From Antedon mediterranea (taxonomy: Eukaryota; Animalia; Echinodermata): a stretch of DNA of 64,000 nt. Both the position numbers and the translations under genes were made by a program. This document shows, piece after piece, positions 38,101 through 48,088 of the stretch. Location of the stretch: assembly GCF_964355755.1 (NCBI RefSeq), contig NC_092671.1:2356001-2420000 (forward strand), read 5' to 3'. A model generated the notes under the pieces. It made no database searches, was not told the origin of the DNA, and saw nothing but the letters and a program-made list of their open reading frames with translations. How positions within the stretch are numbered: the first letter of the stretch is position 1; each line of letters starts with the position of its first letter.

Positions 38101-41100
38101 CTACTATGAGAAGTAGTTATTAAAGTTAGCCTATGCTAATTTTAATAATTAAAATACAACTCCAAGTAACAAAAACCGTAAATTGGTTTTCCCTATCCCC
38201 TATATATAGGTATTTGTGTGTGTTAATGGGCATTTGTGTGTGTTATATAGGCCAAAATATAAAAGTGCCGTAAAAATGTTCACCAAAACAATTTTCCTAT
38301 ACTTTTTTCCCGCAAAAAAGTGTGTATATTAACTGTTGTGCACCCAAGCGAGAGGTGTTTCCATTCGGCACCTGCATTGTATTTTGACTCCAAAATCATT
38401 CAACTAAGTTTATTCTGAATACCACACCTTAGAATTAGGCCTCATAAGTACTTTTATGAAAGAGATTCACATAAAAAGTAACAAATAAATACTTGGTATT
38501 ATTTATAAATACAAATTGGTGATTTTACAGACGTGTTTCTTGCAAACTTTCGCATACTCAACTTTCAATATTTTCGTTTCTATGGAGCGCCAAAAGAGCA
38601 ACAATAATAAAGGGCTAAACACTCGATGGAATACGTCTACACTTATTGCATTTATTGGTGAAATGCACGTTTAATTTATCAATAAAAATGCTGTAATATG
38701 TTACTGCTGATACTTTTCTATTTTCAAAGAATATTAATCGATCTTAAAATCAGCATCACTACTTACCCTAGGCCTAGACATAAGGGCGACCTAAGGGGAT
38801 ATGATGAATTTGTCGATTTTATTCTTAAAGTTAACGAAACCGTGTAAAGTATCAACAGTAAAATTTTATTTGTATTAACAGTGACGAAATATATTGAATT
38901 GAACATGAGCATGAGTTAAATAGATGGATTCCATATAGTTTTTAGCCCTTTATTAATGTTGCTCTTTTGGCATTCCATAGAAACAAAATATTGACCATAG
39001 AGTATGCGAAATTAGCATGAGACGTCTGTAAAATCATCAATTTATTTAAAGAGTTTATTGTTATTATTTGATTCTTCTTCATGTAATTCTAAGGTGTGGT
39101 ATTCAGGATAAAGTTGGCAGGCAGGTGCGAAAGAGAATTATTGGTAATCTTGGGTCTTAGGTTTCGTGATCTTAGGTCTTATGGGGTCTTAGCTTTCGTG
39201 ATCTTAGGTTTCGTGACACCCCTCCGTTCTGCACTGCGAGCGTGCACCAGACAGTGTGTTTTGCAAAAAATAATGCTACCGGTATGTTATTTATTCATTC
39301 ATTTCTCTCTATTGCGGACTTCATATTCATATAAAACAGTAAAATCACTTTGCGAACTAAACATGAGTTGATTTAACTAAAAAAACAAAGCTCATTCTAT
39401 TTTTAAAAAAGCTTTGATTAAGCAAGAAATCTGTCGTACTTGTGGGTTTACTATTATTAACAAAAAGTGCAGGTCAACGCATTAATGTCCTCAAAGCATA
39501 TTATAGCAAACTCTTAGTGTATTCACAGAGGAAACTCTGTATGATGAATATGTGATGAAACAATAGAAGTTCAAAAACATTTAACTATTTCAGAAAATGT
39601 AATAAAAGTCATGCAAAGTGTGTTTCAGTAAAAATCTTAAATACAATCATTGCTTGAATGATATAATATAAATATATAACTTATAAGTTAAAAAATCAAT
39701 GTGTAATCGTCAATAAGAAATATTGGTTAAAATATTCATGTAACATTCTCATAATTAATAAAATGTTTAAAATAAATAAAATTTTGCTTTAAACTGTGCT
39801 TAAACTTAAAACATAACTCTAGCATCAGTACGGAAGTTAATTTTTTTTTTTTAGCATCATGCATAATGCATACTCGTGGTTTGAAATCTTTGTTTACTTT
39901 CGCTCATGACGATTTTCCAGACGAAATGTAATCAAATTAATTTAACTGTTAATTACGTGAACTTGTTGTTTTTGGCTCGAATTTTAGACTTAAAGTGAAT
40001 AACTTTAATATCACTTTGATATGACAAATTTAAATTTAGAATATTTTGACCTTCATTTTTTGTGTTTCAAGGGACAATACATCTTTAAGTTTTGAGAACT
40101 GCATGAGCATTATATCCACGTTTCAGATTGACTGCTACAATGTATATTTTGCTTGGTCACGCTGGGTATCAATTAATGGATGTGAACTTGTTAACTGGGG
40201 AGGGTCACCAGGAAGTGATTCTTACCAATGCCCTTGCTCACTTAATGGTAAATATAGCTTCTCAACCATCCTTGTACTTTTGATACCTGGATATGTAATT
40301 GACCGCAATATATTTAGATAATGAAAGCCGAAAATGTCAGTTGGAATACTTTTTGACATAAAGGTTTTCTAAACTGTGTATTATAATAGTATATAATATA
40401 TCTAGTATATTGACTATGCTTATGTTAAGGATCTTGTCAAAGTGCTAGCTACACCTGCAACTGTCAGATTAATGATAACGTATGGCGGGAAGACAGTGGG
40501 TATATTACAAGCAAGGAAGATTTACCAATGAAAGAGATACTAATATCAGATACAGACGATAGTGTTGAAAAAGCATATTTCTCAGTAGGACCTCTTGAAT
40601 GTACAGGTAAACATTATTTATATTGTAGGCACCGTAGGAAATTTCGGATAGTTTTTTAAAGACAACTCCAAACCAGTACAAACCAGTACAAACCAGTACA
40701 AACCAGTACAAACCAGTACAAACCAGTACAAACCAGTACAAACTAGTACAAACCAGTACATTACAAATACTGCTGCAAAAATAATGCACTGTAGGAAATT
40801 GAAATTGTCGTTCGTGACAGACATCGGCCATAAAGTTATTGAACTTGCGTTCCAATAGGCGAATCCATTTGGCTGAAAATATTCTTCTGTGTTTTGATGT
40901 ACAAGTTATTTTTTTTAAAGTAATTTCGGCCACGAGTGAGTGGCCGAGCGGTTAAGACAGTAAAACCGTAATTACTTAGCCATAACATCGGCAGGGGTTC
41001 GAGGCTCACTCACTCCATGGTTCTGGTGGTAGAGCGAGTCTTCTAGGATAAGGACTATAAACCGTAGGTCTAGTGTACACATCTAGCTCGTGTGCACTTT

Positions 41101-44100
41101 AATAGAACCTAGTACATCTTTTGAGACGAGTAGGGGGTTACCCCGGTGTATTAGTACATCACAGCCACTGATCACCAACTGGGCCCTCTGGGAGACCAGT
41201 CATTGACTGAAGAGGTTACCCAGTATAAATATATATTTCAATTTAAATAATTTATGATTAAGTATGCGTTCCGTATAATACAAAACATGCTACATAGTTA
41301 CATAAAAATGGGTGTGGTTGCAATGACATCATTATATTGTTTTCAGTGTGTTCCTATACACTCATGCAATTTATATAATCATAAGCTTTAATTTGATGCT
41401 ACATATCAATATGTATGACTTTTAAGATTGTTTACTAACTTATTTAATACCTGAGTATATATTGTTGTTGCTTAAAATGATGTCATTACATTGTTCAAAA
41501 TATATTTGACATATGCTTGTGTTGTTATACATAAGTTTTAATTTGATACCAAACTTGCCATGTTTATTGTAACTGCGGCCTCACTGGCCACTTATTTGAG
41601 TTGAGATAATATGTAAGAAAGAACACGGAAGGCTTTTAATCATGCCACAATCGAGATAATTATATTGTATAACTTCTCAATATACAGTAGTAGTGTAACT
41701 TCTCAATACAGTAGAATAATATAACACAATCGTATTAGGCCTATAACTACGCTGGCCTCGTCTCAACTGGCCACATTAGCTAGTGAGATGGCATTTATGC
41801 AAATCAACCCAACAGGTGAGCATACGTTCAAAAAAATATAGGACCTGACCTATAATGAATTATTCATGACTTCTGCCTTAGTCTCATAGGAAAAAAAATA
41901 ATGCGTACCGTTGCCACCTGACCTTTTGCCATCCGGCCTTTTGCCACCCAGCCTTTTTCCACCCAGCCCTTTTCCACCCAATCATTTGCTACCTGATCTG
42001 ATAATATCACTGATTTTACAGTTTTAGGGTTAATTTCCGATAGTTGTTAAAGTAACATCATGTATGCCCACGTTGTTTACCACTTAGTTTTCATTTATCT
42101 AAATAAATCTATACCCATTTCGTTACTGATTACATCAGGACAAAATGCTATGATATTATACAACAACTTCAATTGATTGTCACAAAGCAATTGATATAAA
42201 CAATTTAAAACAATTGTTTAATTAACAATAATTAGTTCAACTGGATGAGAATATAGGGCCTAATAGACCGGGGGAAATAATATATTGGCCCAGAGACGCT
42301 ACGCGCCTTTGTCGCAATCACGCCAGTTTGTCAGTTTGTCCCCTCGTAATAGTTCTTTAAAGTGGAGCTCCACCCAGAAAATTACTATTTTTCATACATT
42401 TCAACTATTATTTAAAAATATCATCCCCCATACTTCATATTTTTTCAAATTTTTTTTCAATGAGTACGAGTTTCTTGAAAATCACGCCTTTTTGCGTTTT
42501 GGGGGGATACCTTGTAATTTCTTTTACATGCAAAACGGGGGTATATTTGAATAATCCTAAAAAATTAATTTCTTCACTAAAAAAAAATTTTTAAATGTAG
42601 TTTTATGTAATTTTTCCAGATCTTTCTATTTCTGGTATAGTTATCGCGTATACATTGCGCAATTTTGCGTAAATAGACACTTTCCCCCGTTCGGGTCCAA
42701 TTTGGGTTTTTTATTTTGCTAGGGAGTATGATCACGTGACATTTTTCACAATCACACTTACTGCAGCTGGCGATCTGTTATTTTGTCGCGATGTTATTTT
42801 TGACGGGCAAAAAGTATATTAAAACATTTTGAATGTGACCCTATCATGTTTCACAGTGTAATAATGTGATTATGAGACTTATTACTAAAATGTCAAATCT
42901 AACGAGATTTGAGAAAGATGTGGCTATATATTACATGTAAATTATACCAGGGAGTTGCTCCCTGATTATACTGACATTTTTATCGGAAATATTACTTAGG
43001 CCTAAACAAATCGTATAAAATGTATTCCCCATTTTTCGACACATAATTTACCAAAGGGGAGACATTTCACCCATGCGTTCACCGGCGACTAAAACGCGTC
43101 AGTTGCTAAGTGTAACGCGTTTTGCGACGTATTGTAAACTAATAACCCCTAAGTTACTGAAAAAGTGTAATGTATTAAAAAACACTATTTTCTGACCGAT
43201 TTTTTAGAAATGAGTTTTTGGAAAATAATTCCGTATTTTCCCTGTTTTTTTTTAGGTAATCACTTTCAATTAAACATACTTAAACATAATATAAGCTGAG
43301 AAAGTCTGAGTGTAGCTCCACTTTAAAATGAAGTAGGTGGAAAGGACCTAGGTGGCAATAGCGGGTGGAAACAGACCGGGTGGCAATAGGCCGAGTGGAA
43401 ACTGGGCGAGTGGAAACAGACCGGGTGGCAATAGGGAGAGTGGAAACTGGGCGAGTGGAAACAGACCGGGTGGCAATAGGCAGAGTGGAAACTGGGCGAG
43501 TGGAAACTTGGCGGGTGGAAACAGACCGGGTGGCAATAGGCAGAGTGGAAACTGGGCGGGTGGAAACAGACCGGGTGGCAATAGGCCGAGTGGAAACTGG
43601 GCGAGTGGAAACAGACCGGGTGGCAATAGGCCGAGTGGAAACTGGGCGGGTGGAAACAGACCGGGTGGCAATAGGCCGAGTGGAAACTGGGCGAGTGGAA
43701 ACAGACCGAGTGGCAATAGGCCAAGTGGAAACTGGGCGGGTGGAAACAGACCGGGTGGCAATAGGCCGAGTGGAAACTTGGCGGGTGGAAACAGACCGGG
43801 TGGCAATAGGCCGAGTGGAAACTGGGCGGGTGGAAACAGACCGGGTGGCAATAGGCCGAGTGGAAACTGGGCGAGTGGAAACAGACCGGGTGGCAATAGG
43901 CAGAGTGGAAACTTGGCGGGTGGAAACAGACCGGGTGTCAATAGGCAGAGTGGAAACTGGGCGGGTGGAAACAGACCGAGTGGCAATAGGCCGAGTGGAA
44001 ACTGGGCGAGTGGAAACAGACCGAGTGGCAATAGGCCGAGTGGAAACTGGGCGAGTGGAAACAGACCGAGTGGCAATAGGCCGAGTGGAAACTGGGCGAG

Positions 44101-45728
44101 TGGAAACAGACCGGGTGGCAATAGGCAGAGTGGAAACTTGGCGGGTGGCAACAAGGCGATTTAAAAAAGAAATACAGTCGGTATTTATTCAATACATTTC
44201 TACAATACATTTGTAGGCTCAATGTCCTCGCATTACCATCGGCGTAATTTCGCGGGATTCCTTGACTTCTTTCTTCATGGATCACTGATTCATTAAAACT
44301 GCACTAATATTTGACACGGTTTAAAGGGTATATAGGATGAGCCCTTATCATGCCAATGCTTTTCCAATCGCTTTCTGAAGGTTAATAGATTTGGTGTTCT
44401 GACCACTATAGTCGTAAGAGCATTCCAATAATTGATTGTTCTTTGTGAAAAAAAAATTCAAACGGCATCTATTTGATTTGATTACTTTTTGTTAAAAAAA
44501 TTTCCAATGAAGAGAATTACGCATATGAAATAAACGTCAATTAGGTAATTGAAAAACAGGCTTTATAGGTTGATAAATATTAGTATAATACCTTGAAGAA
44601 CGGACATCTGTTACCTAGAACACCACTGGTTTATATTTGCCTATTTATTAGACAGTACCACACGCTGGCAAAATATACCTCATGAGTTTTCAGTGTTGTT
44701 AACATACAAGAGATAGGTACCTTCATTTAAATTTCTAATTTGACATGTATAGGCTTAAATTTGCCTAAATGTTTAGTCAGGTGGTAGGCTATCTTGAAGA
44801 AACACTTCAATATCCAGATCGGCAAAATAAACAATTCACAAATTTAACGTTTATGTTTTTTACGATTTAGTTAAATAGTGTGTTTAGGCCTATTAGAAAT
44901 GTTCGCGCTTTGCAAGACTTGTCTATTGACTCACGAGATAGCTATTTGCCTATTTATTACATAGGTCCTGTGGCCAAGACGATTACGTACGGAACATCTT
45001 GCTACAAAGTGATAACTGCACCAATCACGTGGCAAGAGGCAGCGAACGCGTGTAAACGAATCAACGCTTATCTAGCAACTATTGACGATGATGATGAACG
45101 CGTTTATCTTACCAAGTTGACGCACGCTCTCGTTGGACCACTGTCAACGCTGTGGTCTGGTGCACAATGTATCCCAATTGACTCTGCAGACAGTGTTAGC
45201 TGTGATGCCAAATATGGTTATATTTGTGAAAGTAAATGTAAGTTTTTTAATGTTAGTCCTACAATCATACTTTCAATTAGAAGCCTTGAAAACGTCTACA
45301 CTATCAAACTCGTTTGACAAAAAAGGTGTTATGTGCCCAAATATGGTAGTGATATGCCCAAATATGGTAGGGATATGACATCATCATGTCCATATATGGG
45401 CACATCATATGTTGTCACATAAAGTTTGATAGTCTAGACAGAGCTTAAGATAATTGTTTAACATTTATTATTTTCAGTTGGACTTCACAGAAATTTCAGA
45501 CGCGTCAGTTCTGGCCAATCACCAAACACCATTCTGTCGTCTAGGAAAGCCGTGAGTTCTGGTGTTTGTAGCTTGTATTGTGAAAACTGCAACTCATTCT
45601 CGTTTAACGCAGACACGCATGATTGCAAGATGAGCAATGAGACCACCGACTCCAGTGCCGTTTCGGAGGACGGTTATGAACTGTTTATTTTACAAACGAG
45701 TTATTACGAAACTTGCCAAATGCGTTAG
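29149..45728 (+). CDS. Paralog D, intact 593-aa secreted protein: signal peptide + 2 Caspr-type fibrinogen-like domains + short CTLD + PAN/apple
   Basis: Exons 29149-29194, 30639-30779 (GC donor), 31373-31536, 31638-31770, 33169-33345, 33663-33809, 37372-37523, 40127-40247, 40430-40606, 44965-45237, 45478-45728. They sum to 1782 nt (594 codons including TAG) with no internal stop seen. Confidence 0.88.
29690..30380 (+). mobile_element. Highly degenerate LINE RT remnant in intron 1 of paralog D
   Basis: Fragments readable as AWKII, YDNIP, NYR..SILP, FDTIDH, YGIRGNAL.W..YLSNR and CGIP.GS across several frames. Confidence 0.6.
34729..37036. mobile_element. 2.3-kb non-autonomous DNA transposon, 18-bp TIR CAGTCG(G/A)GCAGCAAAGTG, 4-bp TSD TTCT
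   Basis: TIRs at 34729-34746 and 37019-37036 (1 mismatch). TTCT at 34725-34728 and 37037-37040. Internal direct repeat ctgatgagaaaagtgccggattc at ~35115 and ~36670. Confidence 0.7.
37037..37231. mobile_element. Palindromic tRNA-derived repeat
   Basis: Inverted tRNA-3'-like arms (ttcttgggtgggactcgaac.. / ..ggttggagccccacccgagaa) and a 52-bp palindrome at 37149-37200. Confidence 0.5.
37665..37966. repeat. Compound trinucleotide microsatellite (CAA/CAG/CAT)n
   Basis: Read directly; intronic. Confidence 0.95.
38370..39127. mobile_element. Fold-back/MITE-like element with long imperfect inverted arms
   Basis: ~38515-38622 is the reverse complement of ~38937-39042. Outer arms ttattctgaataccacaccttagaatta / taattctaaggtgtggtattcaggataa. 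Confidence 0.6.
40670..40760. repeat. 10-bp tandem repeat (AAACCAGTAC)x~9
   Basis: Read directly. Confidence 0.95.
40931..41230 (+). mobile_element. Full-length tRNA-derived SINE
   Basis: A box TGGCCGAGCGG, B box GGTTCGAGGCT. Head and core closely match the minus-strand copy at 18208-18574, but the 3' tail differs. Confidence 0.85.
43335..44156. repeat. 15-bp-monomer satellite organised as a 45-bp higher-order repeat (GGTGGAAACAGACCG / GGTGGCAATAGGCCG / AGTGGAAACTGGGCG)
   Basis: ~18 trimer units read directly. Degenerate related arrays at 29260-29345 (+) and 41908-41995 (inverted). Confidence 0.95.
45293..45446. mobile_element. MITE (TCTGTCTACACTATCAAAC family) in intron 10 of paralog D
   Basis: gtctacactatcaaac...gtttgatagtctagacagagct|taa. 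Explains the longer intron 10 in D. Confidence 0.7.
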
Positions 45729-46751
45729 TGCCTGATTGCTAATTTTTTAGGAATAATGTTGATATCGGAATTTAGATCGATGTGGTTTTAATAAGATAAA
45801 TTTAGCATCTCAGGTGTATCACATGTGCGCCTGTATCATGGAAGAATCCGTTAAATCGTGGTAGACACGATATATTATCTCTGAAAATTTGAATATTCTT
45901 TCATTGTTTCACTTCATGATCGACTCTATCGCACCAGTGGGTACATCACAGGCAGAACGAAAAATATCAATCGCATGGCGAATGCTTGTATTGATAGCGG
46001 GTCCCTTAATATTAAACGTTTAAAAACGAAAAAAAAAATGATTATAATAATGATTTTTTTAAATTTAGTTTGTGACTTTAAATAGACCGAAACATGTTGG
46101 GAAAGTGTCGAGTGGGTTAGAGTCGATGATACCAGATATTACATGTGAAACACAATATATGCTGTATCATTGCGTTTGCCTATGATACTACACAAAGTTA
46201 GGTACATTGAAGTGATAGTGCTAGTAATATATATTAGAAAGAGCTGTTTGTTATATCGATTTTGTGGTGTTTTTGTGATGTAATTATGGTTTTATATGCT
46301 ATGTTTAACTGTAATCAAAATATGTTACGCTTTGTATTAACTACATAAATTAAATATTTTTCAAGCAACAAAACCTTTTCATTTACAAAGAATGAAATTT
46401 CGTTCTTTCTAACAAACTTATCGATGTTACAGTATACGTTCGAAGACCGCTGTTGAATATAGTCTGTGGAAGGATCAAACAAGACCGTTTGAAATTTGTA
46501 TCGTTCAGAAAATTACCGGGTTTAAAATTGTTATTGTAGTATTACGTCAGCGGTAAAACTGAACGAGCGTCATGTGACATTTATATTCATTTTCGTTTTT
46601 TAAAGTGTTGCTACACAGAACTCTTTGGTAATGTAGATAAGTCACCAAGATTTATGAATGTAAAGCACATGTCTTAGGAAAAAAGGTATATATAAGTCAA
46701 AAGAACAATCGAATTACAAAGGAAAATAATATTTTGTTGATATAGCTAGTT

Positions 46752-46910
46752 ACACGGTTAGCCTTTCGCCTCCAGGATAAACGGTTAGCCTTTCGGCTCT
46801 ATGATACACGGTTGGCCTTTCGCCTCCAGGATAAACGGTTAGCCTTTCGCCTCCAGGATACACGGTTACCCTTTCGCCTCCAGGATACACGGTTAGCCTT
46901 TCGCCTCCAG
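46752..46910. repeat. ~28-bp minisatellite (acacggttagcctttcgcctccaggat)x~5-6
   Basis: Read directly. Confidence 0.9.
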
Positions 46911-48088
46911 TTGCAGCTAATATTTACATTGCACTGGAAATAATTTAATTTAATGTCTTAAAATTTTTGACGAATAAAGTATATATATAGGCCTATAGGC
47001 CTATATGGTTACTAAGCCTGTTTTTGTTGGTGATTTCATACTCGAAATAATATCATAGTAACTTTACAGAAGCCAAATTAAAATAAAATGTTAGTATAAC
47101 TATACGTATACTTCCATCGTGAAATTCTGGAGCCACTTGATTTGTTTGCAAATATTTAAAAAAATCAAATCTCCGGCATGAAATTAACGTTTTTTTAATT
47201 TAGCCTTGTAGATTGTTTTTGTGGGTATTTTTTAATCTCCGTGGCAATAATCAGTTAACGGTATCTGTATTAGTCCTTACAATAACACATTTTACCAATA
47301 TTTCCATTCTTTTATTGTATATAATTAACACCATTAATAATAATAATAATTATTATTATTATTTCTAATAATAATAATTATTATTATTATTTTATAAATA
47401 AATTTTAACTTTTCGGTAAACCAATTTTCAAGTACTTACTTGCTACGTTTCGGCTATTTTCTGTAGCTTTATTTATTTGAAACCACATGAAATTTTTCGA
47501 GAGTTATTATTATTTACTTTGGAGGGTTATAAAAGTGTCGCCGTGTTAACATATTGGCACTTTATGTATATAGGCCTATTTTAAAGTTTGTATTTATCTA
47601 GGCCTATATTCCCAATACCTTCCTATCAAACAAAATAATATCCAAACCAATCTAAGGAAAATTAACACCGAATTGGCTTCCCTCTTTTATTTCCATCCCC
47701 TCACGCCATTCCCGTGTCCACACTTGACATCAATATTACGTCAAACCTTATTATATATAGAGCGTTGTTATAAAAGGTTCTCGGATGATCAGACGCCGGA
47801 AATGCGATAATCGAATATTTTATCAATAATTTGCACCTTTAGTTATTTCCAGGTATGAGTTCTTTGTATAAATATCAATATTTGTTCATATTAGTGTTAA
47901 TTTGAGAAATTCAGATATGATCCTTTCTTTTACGCATTGGTCAAACATGCATGTAGCTTCCATTCTTGGACCACACAGTCTCTATAACATGGCATGCACT
48001 AACACCATGATATAGGCCTCGTAACTACCATTGATGTTGACTTTTAAAAAGAACTTAGTATACAATGCCGTATTGTCATCGAAAGGAC

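Noticed and set aside
40931-41020. Possible tRNA genes at SINE heads (also ~18490-18574, ~9010-9070, ~37040-37110)
   Set aside because: A/B boxes are present but there is no cloverleaf, and they continue into repeat bodies.
43335-44156. Possible CRISPR-like array
   Set aside because: Contiguous tandem monomers with no unique spacers, no cas genes, and a eukaryotic intron context. The same applies to the 36-bp and 28-bp minisatellites.
43323-44285. Four to five long overlapping ORFs (up to 283 aa; GNRPGG / VETGRV / LPPGLF repeats)
   Set aside because: By-products of a stop-free 15/45-bp satellite inside intron 9 of paralog D, open on both strands with no splice context.
47690-47860. TATA/CRE-like motifs and a donor-like cag|gtatga upstream of paralog E
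   Set aside because: Plausible promoter and non-coding exon, but such motifs are common in AT-rich DNA and cannot be supported without transcript data.
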